51,293 nucleotides of DNA from a virus (taxonomy: Duplodnaviria; Caudoviricetes), in IMG/VR virus record IMGVR_UViG_3300025572_000381, positions 1 to 51,293 of that record. One strand, written 5' to 3'. Of this stretch, positions 34,585-43,299 are shown in pieces. A model generated the notes under the pieces. The model did no database searches and was not told the DNA's origin. It saw only the letters and a program-made list of their open reading frames with translations. Position numbers and translations under genes: made by a program. The stretch's first letter is position 1, and each line of letters starts with the position of its first letter.

Positions 34585-37500
34585 TTAATCCGCCTGCAGG
34601 ATCTCCACGCGGTCGTCCGCGCTGATCTCACCGCGAGCGTAGGCCCGAGCGACGTCCTCCTCATTGCGGAAGACTTTGGGGGAGCTCTTTTTATTGACGA
34701 AGGCGGAGGCTGCATAGAGGCCGGCGATGTACTCCTGGGTAGGAGCGTGCATCGGCGTCTTCATATCGGCCGGGGAGATCAGGGACTTGCTGGGAAGCAT
34801 CCGCTCGTAGGCTTCCTGCACCGCCTCAGGATCGGCCGGAACGTGATACTGTACGGCGTCACCGTCGTTATCAGCGGAGTCGAAGACCGTCACCTTGTTG
34901 ACCAAGACGAAGGTGTACGTGCCCGGCACGCGCAGGTCGTACATGTCCATGACGCCGGCGGGCTCCAGCTTGGTGACCCGCTCCCACCGCTCGTCGCTCT
35001 CCCAACGGGCAAGCAGACCGGCAGGAATCTTGTCCTTGCCCAGCCGCGTGATAATCTTGGCCAGCGTTCCGCGACCTAGTCCGCCGCTCTGCCGACTCTT
35101 GCACAGTGCCGAGTACTCGGTGAACGCCTTGGGGTCCCTCCTGCGCCCCTTGGCAGTAGCGGCCGTTCCTCGGAAGTGCGTGAGCAGCTCCTCGGCTTCC
35201 TGGACCGAAATCGGCACCAGGTCCGGGACGAACCGGGAGTTGCGAGGAGCCTCCCGCAGCCGCTGCAACTCGGCCAGCTTGGACGGCATCCGCATCGGCA
35301 GATCCAGCTGACCAAACGCGACTACCGACGGATTGACCACCCAGGCTTGCCGGCCGTGGTTGTTGGTCCGCAGGTTGCAGGCTGAGTCGACGCCCAACTG
35401 CGCCAGCAACCACACCAACTGCTCGGCGAGCAGCCGACTTTTCGTCGTGATCGTGATGTTGCTGCGCCCGCGATAACCCTCACCACAATGCCCGTCCGTG
35501 TCCAACAGACCGGCCAAGAGCCCCAACTGAAACTCTTCTGGCGCGGACCAGATGAAGTCTGGCAAGTGCTTATGCCGCGATCCGCGACCCGTCAGCGGCT
35601 CCAACCAGCGCGCGAGCTCTGCACTGCTGATCGTCAGCCGACGGCAGGCGCCCCACCCCTCTGGATTATCCTCGTCGCGGTCGTGAGGTTTCCCTGGTCC
35701 CTTGCCAAATAGCGCGTGTGAGAGCTCGGACCAAGCCCGCAGCACGCTCGAATCCGCGGCCCCGGCAAGGCAAACTCCCTTCGCCTGTCCCTTGCAGAAG
35801 GAGGGCCAGCCGTCGCCGATGACCACCCCCAGCCACCACCCCAGGTCCGCCGTAAGTGGCAGAGGCTGGCCGTCGGGGCCCGTAATACTCCCTAGCTCCT
35901 GACTGCCGCACTCCGCGGCCACAACCCGAGGCGAAAGTTTGCCCAGAGCCTCCGCCGGCGTCATCCGCCGACACTTTCCCTGCTCCGGGTCGAAGCAGTA
36001 CAGGCTGTGCGATTCGCTCACCGTCACCTGGCGGTTGCGCCCGAAGGTCACCCGCACGCCTTGCAATTGCGGATGGATGTAATAGCGATCGGGATGCTGC
36101 CAGGAGAACCCACCACTGGAGCAGTGCGTCAGCACCTCCACGTCCTCAGGCACCTCGTACGCACCAGGCTCGTCGGGCACCGGTGCGCCGTGCGGAAAGT
36201 CCGCCAGGTCGACAATCCTGAACTGCCCGCCCTGCCGGATGGGAACGCGCCCCACGCACGAGAAGCCCTTGTAAACCAGCGGCGGCAGTTGCACGGCGCT
36301 ACCCTTCACCAGCTTGGGCCGGAACGCCAGCACGCCGAACTTGTGCAGCACGGGAGCCCGGTCCATGATGACCGGCCGGACCTGCATCTCCTCCTCCAGC
36401 GCCTTGCGCGCCCGCGGGGTCTTGGCTTCGACCTCACGCAGAGCGTCCATGCCGGCCATGCCGGCGCGCCGCAGCCGGCGAATGACGTAGGTCTTGTAAA
36501 CGTCCCAGGCTCGATCCTCTGGCAGACCGAGAGTGTCCATGTCGAAGTCGGGGTTCGGCAGGATCACACCACGGCCCACATGGTCCACCGCCGAGCCGAT
36601 CAATTTATACTGCACCACTCCGTGCTTGGGTGAGCTGCCAAAGACGCCGGCCAACAGCCCCTTGACCCGCTTCTCCTGCAGTTTGGGATTGAGCGGGTCG
36701 CCCAGGCCGGTGACCGCCTTGAAAGCGTTGTAGAGAGCCAGACGCTCGTCGCCCACCTCGTCGCCAACAACCTCCTTCATCGCCTTGAGGTTCTCGTTGG
36801 CGTCCCACAGCTCCTTGTAGAGGAGGTTGGCGTCGGCCACGATCGGAGCCTTGCGGGGGCCGGTCATCATGGAGATCGGCCGGAATACCGGCGGCAGCAC
36901 CGGCACGGAGTCCAGCACCCACTCGCGCGGGTGAATTTTGAGATCCTCGGCGGCCTTCAAATAGGACAAGCGACGACGGGCCGCATCCTTGGCCGTCTTG
37001 GTGCCGGAGCGGATCTGCTGGCGAGCCAGGGCGATCTCTTTAGGCAGGTCGATCGCGTCGAGCGCCTTGGCGATCGCCTCCATACCGGTCCGGCCATGGA
37101 GCTGCTCGCGGCCCGCGATGATGTTCTCAAGCTGCTTGCCGGTCAGCCCCAGCACGCGACGGGCCGGCTCCTCCATGACCGGGTTGAGCATCGGCTCGTG
37201 CAGCTTGATCCGAGCCCAGCGGGTTGAATTGTGAGAGCCGGTCAGCCGCGGATCAAACAGACCGCCCTTCACCGGAGTCAGGTCATCGTCCAGCATGACC
37301 GTCTCGGCGTTCTCGAGATACCGATCGCCGGCCAGCTCGTCGATGTCCTTGTTGGTGAGGGCCATGAACTGGGTACGCCGGCCCTCGCGGACCGGGTTGA
37401 TGCCCGAGGCCCGCAGCGTGGCCAGGAACTTTTCGTAAACCAGCGGCACCTTGGGCGGCGGCGGATTGTAGCCCGCCATGAACGCCAGCCAGTACGGCTC

Positions 37501-40500
37501 GTTGCGCTGGCCGCGGACCACGCCCGCATCGCGCAGCACATGGTAGGCGCCGTGCGAAAGCAGCGCGTTGACGTTGAGCAGGGCAACCCGCTTGCTGCCG
37601 TGCTCGCCGCCCTTGGTGGGCGTGCCTTCGGCGGTGTACCCGCCGGTACCGCGGCCTTGACCTTTCGATTCGGCAGTGTGGAAGAGCTTCATCATCCACC
37701 GCACGCCGGTCATGACACCTGGGATCTTGCGGCCCAGCACCGGGTCGTAGATGTCCTCCAGGTCCGACACGCCATGCTTGCGAGCCTCAGCCTCGGCGAA
37801 CTCGCGAAGGTCCTCGATGTCCTCGAAGTCGCGGATCTTGTACGGTTTGCCGGTCTTCTCCGCGACCTTGCCCAGCAAGGCCTCCACGTACTGCGCCGGG
37901 TTGACGCGGCTGATCATGCCGTGCGGGTTGAGCAGCAGGTCGAACGGCCGGCCGTCCTTATCCCGAGGCATGTCGCGGTCGGGCACGATCTTGGCGGTAA
38001 CCCCTTTGTCTCCATACCGGCCGGAGAGCTTGTCGGCCTCCCTCAGCGGCGAGTAAGCGCGGGTCAGAACGAAGGGACCCTTCTTCGTCTTGATCACGTC
38101 GACCACTTCGGCTTCGTCGTGGTGGTCCCAGGTGACCGAAGCGTCGTGGAAGGCCGGCGCGCCCTTCTTGTGGACCTTGCTGGCCGAGTCATGCCGCGGG
38201 CGGGCAGCCAGGATGATCGGGTCGCCCTCCTTCAGCCGCGTGCCGGGCTTGACCACGCCGTCCTCATCCAGCTTGGACAGCGTTTCCTTGTCGTAGCGGC
38301 TGGGGAACAAGCTGACGAACGCGTTCTTCCCGAGCTTGTACTCCTTGGGGTCCAGGTCCAGCGAGTGCTTGTAGTAGTGCTCGCTCGTCAGTTTCCGGGC
38401 GAACGACTCCGAGACGACGTTGGCGTCTTCGAAGTTGGTGCCCAGGTAGGGGACGTAGGCTACTCGGGCGTTGACTCCGAGGGCGACTCGCCCTTGGTCA
38501 TCCGTATAGTTCGAGCGAGCCAGTAGGGTCCCAGGCTGGACGGTGTCACCAACGGATACCAGGGGCGTGTTGTGGAAGCCGGTTTTTCGGGCGAGTCCGT
38601 AGTGGTGGTAGAGTTCGTAGGTTTGGGTGGTTCCATCGGCCTGCTTGACCTTGATCTCGTCGGGGGTAACAGCGATGACGCGGCCGGCAGCCTTCGCGCG
38701 AATCGCGCCCAGCCGCTCGCCGAGTTTTTCCTCGTAGCTGACATCGTCCTCGTCCGGGACGGCCACCTGAACCAGGGGCGCCTCGGGGTTCTTCAGCGGA
38801 AGCGCCTGGCTCAGCATGCGGCTAGCCATGGCCGCGCGCTGACCCTTCAGCGCGCTCTTAGCCGGCACCAGGTTGTTGAGCGTCGAGAACGCCTTCTCGA
38901 AATGCGGCAGGACGAAGTCCACCTCGTCGCGAGGTACGAAGCGGATCTTGCCGCCTTTGAGCGCGGGCACACGCTTGGTGCGCCACTTCAGCATTTCCGG
39001 AAATGCAACCGTGGCGTCGGCCAGGTCAGACGCGGACTTCCACACCGGCTGGCCCGTGCGGGCGTCGACCAGGCGGGTGTACACCTGGCGGTCCGGTCCC
39101 TTGCGGGTGTTGGACGCGAAGTAGACGTCGACACCGGCTCGTTCGCTGTTTCCGGACCAGTGACCAACCGTGTCCCCGCGCCGCACATAGAGCAGGCCGC
39201 CAGGGACCGTGGCGCAGTACACCATTCCGTCGTAGTCGACGGTGTAGTAGTGGTTGGTCCGGGAACGGTGCAGAACCTGGTGGGCGTTCTGCTTATGCAT
39301 GTGCACCACGTACAACCCGCCGGTGGTCGACTGCGGGCGGTCATCCTTCTCGAACACCACCCGACTCGCAACACCTAAGCCGAAAGCCAGCAGGTGTACC
39401 TGTTCGGCTAGCGTCGGACTGGTCGTGCAGAACTGCGTACGGTCTCCGCGACGATCCTTACGCCCCTCGCCAAGCATGAGCGACTGGAACAATCGACGTC
39501 GAGCCTCCAACGGGCCGCGGAGCATCTCGTCGGGAAGGGAGCGTTCCGGGCTGTAACCGACCTTCTCGAAGATCGTGGTCAGCTGCTTACGGCTGATATG
39601 GAAGGCGCGACCCGCGTAAGTGTGCGGAATCCCCAGCTCTCGCAGGGTTCGGCTAATTCGCTGGCAATTCTCTGAGTTCTTCTCCCAGGACTGGGAAATC
39701 CGAACCCGGTACTGATGTCCCCGCGTCCGATGGTGGACGGTTCCCTCGCCAACAACCCAGCCGACCAGCTCGTACCACGGAGCAGCGCTAACACGGTCAA
39801 TAACCCGAGTGGTAGGGCTATCCTTCGGAATAGCGGTCAGTTCTACGTACTCGACGGCGTCACCGTCGCAAGGCTGGAAACCGCCTGACATTACCTTGCG
39901 GTTCTTGCCGTGAACCTGCTCCGCCGTCTCGAAGCGGAACCGCGCGCCGTTATGCAGCGGGGCAACCCACAGCCGGTGGTTAGGGGTCACCAAGTAGGAG
40001 ACCCGCCCGGTATCCGCACCGTACATCGTTCCGCGATAGCGCTGCCGGATAATCCGTTCAGGGCGGTGGAACTCCAGCTTGCCGTCGACCAGGCAGGCGA
40101 ACTCGTCGTCCTCAGTGACATCCGGCCAGCGCTTCCAGCCGTCCCGCGTCATGACTTCCGTCTGCGAGTCGAAGCACTCGGGTGTCCGGGTTGGGTCAAT
40201 CAGCGCGAAGTGCGTGGGCTGCACCGAGCGGGCTTCGGAGGGGACGGCGGAAAGGGACCCGATACCGCCCTGCCCCAGCCGAGTGACGCGCGTCATCTTG
40301 TCCAGCACTTCCAGCGGATTGATGAACTCCGCCGGCTGAGCCAGGCCGCTGGAAGTGATCACCTCGTCCAATTGCTGCTGCAGCGGCAGCGAGGGCAACC
40401 CGCCAAGGTTCCCCCTGAGTGTGGCGTTCCAGAGGTACTTGCGACGCAGGCCACCGGCGTCCAGCCGGATGCGTTCTTCGAACAGGTCCTCCGGGCCCAG

Positions 40501-40752
40501 CACCATCTGGTTGGGCATCGCGTCGCGGTCGGTCAGCTCAACCGACTCGCCCCGGCTCAGTGCAGCCAGCGTCCGCGTGGTGTCCAGCAGCACGTCGAGG
40601 TTGAGCCCTGTGTAGGGTTTCCCCAACGCCCGCTGCATCACGCCCGGGTCGAAACGGAATTTCCCCAGCGCGTCCTGTAGACGCGTGCGGTATTCGGGGT
40701 CGACAACACCGTCGACCTCGCCCGTCGCCGTCCCTGGCGTTTCCTGCTTCAC
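34585..40752 (-). CDS. rpoBC: Phage RNA polymerase fusion: beta (central/C-terminal) plus beta' (N-terminal/catalytic), two inteins
   Basis: Beta motifs: NPL..RLGQGG, TPE, NFED, DKLSGRYGDKG, NPHG..SR, KLFH. The junction is near LRASGINPV/FMALT (about 37360-37410). Beta' motifs: GLFD..G, PVLPP..RP, DRAPVLH, ADNDGD, PTQE..GLY. Confidence 0.96.
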   Translation of the reverse strand: MKQETPGTATGEVDGVVDPEYRTRLQDALGKFRFDPGVMQRALGKPYTGLNLDVLLDTTRTLAALSRGESVELTDRDAMPNQMVLGPEDLFEERIRLDAGGLRRKYLWNATLRGNLGGLPSLPLQQQLDEVITSSGLAQPAEFINPLEVLDKMTRVTRLGQGGIGSLSAVPSEARSVQPTHFALIDPTRTPECFDSQTEVMTRDGWKRWPDVTEDDEFACLVDGKLEFHRPERIIRQRYRGTMYGADTGRVSYLVTPNHRLWVAPLHNGARFRFETAEQVHGKNRKVMSGGFQPCDGDAVEYVELTAIPKDSPTTRVIDRVSAAPWYELVGWVVGEGTVHHRTRGHQYRVRISQSWEKNSENCQRISRTLRELGIPHTYAGRAFHISRKQLTTIFEKVGYSPERSLPDEMLRGPLEARRRLFQSLMLGEGRKDRRGDRTQFCTTSPTLAEQVHLLAFGLGVASRVVFEKDDRPQSTTGGLYVVHMHKQNAHQVLHRSRTNHYYTVDYDGMVYCATVPGGLLYVRRGDTVGHWSGNSERAGVDVYFASNTRKGPDRQVYTRLVDARTGQPVWKSASDLADATVAFPEMLKWRTKRVPALKGGKIRFVPRDEVDFVLPHFEKAFSTLNNLVPAKSALKGQRAAMASRMLSQALPLKNPEAPLVQVAVPDEDDVSYEEKLGERLGAIRAKAAGRVIAVTPDEIKVKQADGTTQTYELYHHYGLARKTGFHNTPLVSVGDTVQPGTLLARSNYTDDQGRVALGVNARVAYVPYLGTNFEDANVVSESFARKLTSEHYYKHSLDLDPKEYKLGKNAFVSLFPSRYDKETLSKLDEDGVVKPGTRLKEGDPIILAARPRHDSASKVHKKGAPAFHDASVTWDHHDEAEVVDVIKTKKGPFVLTRAYSPLREADKLSGRYGDKGVTAKIVPDRDMPRDKDGRPFDLLLNPHGMISRVNPAQYVEALLGKVAEKTGKPYKIRDFEDIEDLREFAEAEARKHGVSDLEDIYDPVLGRKIPGVMTGVRWMMKLFHTAESKGQGRGTGGYTAEGTPTKGGEHGSKRVALLNVNALLSHGAYHVLRDAGVVRGQRNEPYWLAFMAGYNPPPPKVPLVYEKFLATLRASGINPVREGRRTQFMALTNKDIDELAGDRYLENAETVMLDDDLTPVKGGLFDPRLTGSHNSTRWARIKLHEPMLNPVMEEPARRVLGLTGKQLENIIAGREQLHGRTGMEAIAKALDAIDLPKEIALARQQIRSGTKTAKDAARRRLSYLKAAEDLKIHPREWVLDSVPVLPPVFRPISMMTGPRKAPIVADANLLYKELWDANENLKAMKEVVGDEVGDERLALYNAFKAVTGLGDPLNPKLQEKRVKGLLAGVFGSSPKHGVVQYKLIGSAVDHVGRGVILPNPDFDMDTLGLPEDRAWDVYKTYVIRRLRRAGMAGMDALREVEAKTPRARKALEEEMQVRPVIMDRAPVLHKFGVLAFRPKLVKGSAVQLPPLVYKGFSCVGRVPIRQGGQFRIVDLADFPHGAPVPDEPGAYEVPEDVEVLTHCSSGGFSWQHPDRYYIHPQLQGVRVTFGRNRQVTVSESHSLYCFDPEQGKCRRMTPAEALGKLSPRVVAAECGSQELGSITGPDGQPLPLTADLGWWLGVVIGDGWPSFCKGQAKGVCLAGAADSSVLRAWSELSHALFGKGPGKPHDRDEDNPEGWGACRRLTISSAELARWLEPLTGRGSRHKHLPDFIWSAPEEFQLGLLAGLLDTDGHCGEGYRGRSNITITTKSRLLAEQLVWLLAQLGVDSACNLRTNNHGRQAWVVNPSVVAFGQLDLPMRMPSKLAELQRLREAPRNSRFVPDLVPISVQEAEELLTHFRGTAATAKGRRRDPKAFTEYSALCKSRQSGGLGRGTLAKIITRLGKDKIPAGLLARWESDERWERVTKLEPAGVMDMYDLRVPGTYTFVLVNKVTVFDSADNDGDAVQYHVPADPEAVQEAYERMLPSKSLISPADMKTPMHAPTQEYIAGLYAASAFVNKKSSPKVFRNEEDVARAYARGEISADDRVEILQAD
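34879..36261 (-). mobile_element. Intein (about 461 aa) with LAGLIDADG endonuclease, atypical termini, abutting the catalytic DxDGD
   Basis: YKGF|SCVG..VTVSESH..WLGVVIGDG..LAGLLDTDG..MYDLRVPGTYTFVL..TVFD|SADNDGD. The start could be Ser (36261) or Cys (36258). Confidence 0.88.
39148..40176 (-). mobile_element. Intein (343 aa) with LAGLIDADG-like domain in the beta TPE motif
   Basis: TPE|CFDSQTEV..VTPNHR..VGWVVGEG..SLMLGEG..VYCATVP..WSGN|SERAG. Confidence 0.92.
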
Positions 40753-41453
40753 GTCCGGAGGAACCTCTGCAGTACCTTCTTCAAGTTAGCCGCGTTGTGG
40801 TGGGGGTAGTTCGCCTTCCAAAGCTCCTCCCCCCACGCCTCCTTCAATTGTTCGTCGGTGGCGCCCAGCGCGCGCAAGAGTGGCATCAGCGGAACCTTGG
40901 CCTGCCCCAGGCGGATGTAGAACACGCCGGACGCCGGGTCCAGGAAGTAACGGTGCGCGAAGCCTTCGCGCGGCATCGTGTTGACGTGCGCCTCGATCTC
41001 GCCGTTTTCCCGCACACGTGTGTAGATGCCCGGCTTGAGCCGCATCTGGTTGGCGATCGAGTATTCGGACCCGCGCTGGATCACGGTACCTCGTGGGGTC
41101 ATGTACGGGACGCGAGCCAGCAGCTGCTGGCGACTGTCGATCACCTTGCCTGACTGGTTGTCAATGAGCTCCCAGGTGCCGCGCAACCGTCGGCCAACGG
41201 TTTCGCCGGTCAGGTTGGCAATGCGCTGCCGCCGCAAGGGAACGTCCTCTGGGTCCACGTACTGCACGTTAGTCAGCCGCAGCGTGTACCGATCGTTGGA
41301 GATCGGCTGCACCGACTGAGCAGCCTTGAGCACCGCGTCAAAGATCGCCCGCCTGGTATCCGTCGGATCCGCAAAATCCCGGCCCGGAGGAGTGTCCGGA
41401 ACGTTCGCCAGCGGGCTGCCTGTCGGGTTGAGCAGGTCGCCTACAGGCATCAC
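40749..41453 (-). CDS. rpoB: RNA polymerase beta N-terminal fragment
   Basis: LARVPYMTPRGTVIQRGSEYSIANQMRLKPGIY aligns with RpoB [32 protein letters not shown]. Confidence 0.88.
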   Translation of the reverse strand: MMPVGDLLNPTGSPLANVPDTPPGRDFADPTDTRRAIFDAVLKAAQSVQPISNDRYTLRLTNVQYVDPEDVPLRRQRIANLTGETVGRRLRGTWELIDNQSGKVIDSRQQLLARVPYMTPRGTVIQRGSEYSIANQMRLKPGIYTRVRENGEIEAHVNTMPREGFAHRYFLDPASGVFYIRLGQAKVPLMPLLRALGATDEQLKEAWGEELWKANYPHHNAANLKKVLQRFLRT

Positions 41454-42247
41454 GGCTGCTGTTCCTTGTCGTCACGCGGTACATCCAGCGTCAGCCGTGG
41501 CGGCGACTCGTAGCGGCGGACGTCCGCGAGCCGACGCTCGGCTTCTTCCAGAATCCGCTCGCGATTTTGCCTGCGGGCAGCGCCGTAGGCCAAAGTTCCC
41601 GTGAGCAGACCAGAAGCCAAGGCGTACAGGGCGTAGGCGCCCTTCATCTTATTGACGAGTTCGCTCAGGTAGTTGGCCTTCTTCTGGTACAGGTCGAACA
41701 GACCATCCAGGGTGACGACTACCGGAGACACGTTATCGGACGCGGTCTTCGACCCATCGTCGTCGTGCTGTCCGGCGATCGCCTTCAGGAACGCCTGACG
41801 GGCCGCCTCCGTGTCCGCCTGCAGCTGAGACTTGCGCGCCCGGTTGACCAGCCAGTCGACCAGATTGTAGGCGGCTACCGCTCCACCGCCCAGAGCCAGT
41901 GGACCCATCACCCAGTGCGCCGGGTAGTTCCAGGGATCACCGACCGGTTCTACCTTCCTGACAGGGGCTTTCGGCGCTCCGTCTGAGGCCTGTTTACCGC
42001 GCAGTGCGGCGGGCAGAGGCACGCGGACCTCCTCCTCGGGGGTGGCCCGTCGGTCCTGCTGCAGGTTGCGACGCAGCAGGTTGACCAGGCCGATCGCGCT
42101 GCGGGCCCCGGCACCCGCCAAGGCGCCGGTCAGCAGCAAGCGCTTCCACGACTCGATCGCCGCCTGGCGGTCGAAAGGGCTGGTCGTCGCGATCTTCAGA
42201 AGGGGGCCAGCTTGGGCGTCCCGTCTTGCATGTAGAATTCGGTCCAT
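41450..42247 (-). CDS. Hypothetical protein with three hydrophobic helices separated by KxA motifs
   Basis: KIAT, KQAS, KTAS and KKAN motifs; 4-bp overlap with beta-N. Confidence 0.8.
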   Translation of the reverse strand: MDRILHARRDAQAGPLLKIATTSPFDRQAAIESWKRLLLTGALAGAGARSAIGLVNLLRRNLQQDRRATPEEEVRVPLPAALRGKQASDGAPKAPVRKVEPVGDPWNYPAHWVMGPLALGGGAVAAYNLVDWLVNRARKSQLQADTEAARQAFLKAIAGQHDDDGSKTASDNVSPVVVTLDGLFDLYQKKANYLSELVNKMKGAYALYALASGLLTGTLAYGAARRQNRERILEEAERRLADVRRYESPPRLTLDVPRDDKEQQP

Positions 42248-42597
42248 TCGACGTATTTAAGACGCTTGTCGGGGCTGAAGTTGCGGTCGATATAAACCAG
42301 GGCGTACCAGCCATTGATGATGCGCTCCATGACCGATACGTAGCGAGCGTTACCGTAAACCTGAACACGCTGCCCGTTGACTTCCGCGACGTAGTCCTCG
42401 GCGGAGGTAACGTCGAAGACCCCATTGCGGAAGTCGGCAACCCGGACTGCCTTCTCCTCGTATTCCGGTTCGCGGTATAGGGCCGGGTTATGCGAGGTCG
42501 AGCGGAACGGATAACCATCCTCCGTGATCCGACCCCAAAACAACCGTCCCTGCTCTGACTGTGTCTGGTCGCTGTACCGAGATAGTGGACTAGGCAC
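42196..42597 (-). CDS. Hypothetical protein (133 aa)
   Basis: GAGGA RBS; globular, aromatic-rich composition. Confidence 0.8.
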   Translation of the reverse strand: MPSPLSRYSDQTQSEQGRLFWGRITEDGYPFRSTSHNPALYREPEYEEKAVRVADFRNGVFDVTSAEDYVAEVNGQRVQVYGNARYVSVMERIINGWYALVYIDRNFSPDKRLKYVEWTEFYMQDGTPKLAPF

Positions 42598-42895
42598 TCG
42601 GCAATCCTCGAATCGTCCGGCCCGACCGCTTGAGGCGTTCGGTCATCCGGGCATACTCCCGCTGCAGCTCACGCTGCCGCAGCTCCTCCTCGTCGATATC
42701 GCTCATCTCGTTCGCGCCCCGACCAAGAGCCCAACCGATTCCGGCTCCGGCTAGCGGAGGCAGCCCCAGCAGCGCCAGCAGCGCCACGTCAGCTGCATCC
42801 GTCACGCCGGAACCGATGAAGGCCCGCTTGACGCGAGGGGAACGCAGGGCGCGCAGTAGAAATCCCGCGCGGAAGGCTTCACGGGGGGTCAACAT
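42590..42895 (-). CDS. Small membrane protein with KRAF leader and glycine zipper
   Basis: MLTPREAFRAGFL..VKRAF; LAGAGIGWALG. Confidence 0.8.
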   Translation of the reverse strand: MLTPREAFRAGFLLRALRSPRVKRAFIGSGVTDAADVALLALLGLPPLAGAGIGWALGRGANEMSDIDEEELRQRELQREYARMTERLKRSGRTIRGLPSA

Positions 42896-42897
42896 GA

Positions 42898-43287
42898 CTA
42901 CTCGGACGTGTTACGGAACCTGGTCAGTTTGGCAGTGGTTGCCGCGTCCGGCACCAGGATAGTGACCGGTCGCCGGCGAGCGTATTCGGCCGGGGCATCC
43001 GGGTTACTCGGCGTGCCCTGCTCGATCGCTTTGTTGATGACGGCCTCGAGCTCCTCCACGAAGCGCTCCTCCGGCCTCACCTGGTCGGCGTAATACTTAT
43101 TCTCAGCACATAGCTTGCGGCCGTAGCCAATCCGGTCCTTGATGGCTTGCAGGCGCTCCTTGGCTCGCTCCACCGAGTACACCTGATAATGCCCTGTGAG
43201 GCGGTTCTCGGCGTGGACCAAGCCGCGTTCGGCCCAGAAGATCCAGTGTGGCGACTTGGCGACGGTAGCAGACCCCGCGATGTACAT
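42898..43287 (-). CDS. Hypothetical protein (129 aa)
   Basis: GGAGAGG RBS; fits the operon. Confidence 0.8.
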   Translation of the reverse strand: MYIAGSATVAKSPHWIFWAERGLVHAENRLTGHYQVYSVERAKERLQAIKDRIGYGRKLCAENKYYADQVRPEERFVEELEAVINKAIEQGTPSNPDAPAEYARRRPVTILVPDAATTAKLTRFRNTSE

Positions 43288-43299
43288 GACCCTCTCCGA

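Noticed and set aside
26539-41453. Host chromosomal rpoB/rpoC operon
   Set aside because: No rplL/rpsL context, strong divergence, lost Zn sites, a rearranged architecture and phage-like neighbours.
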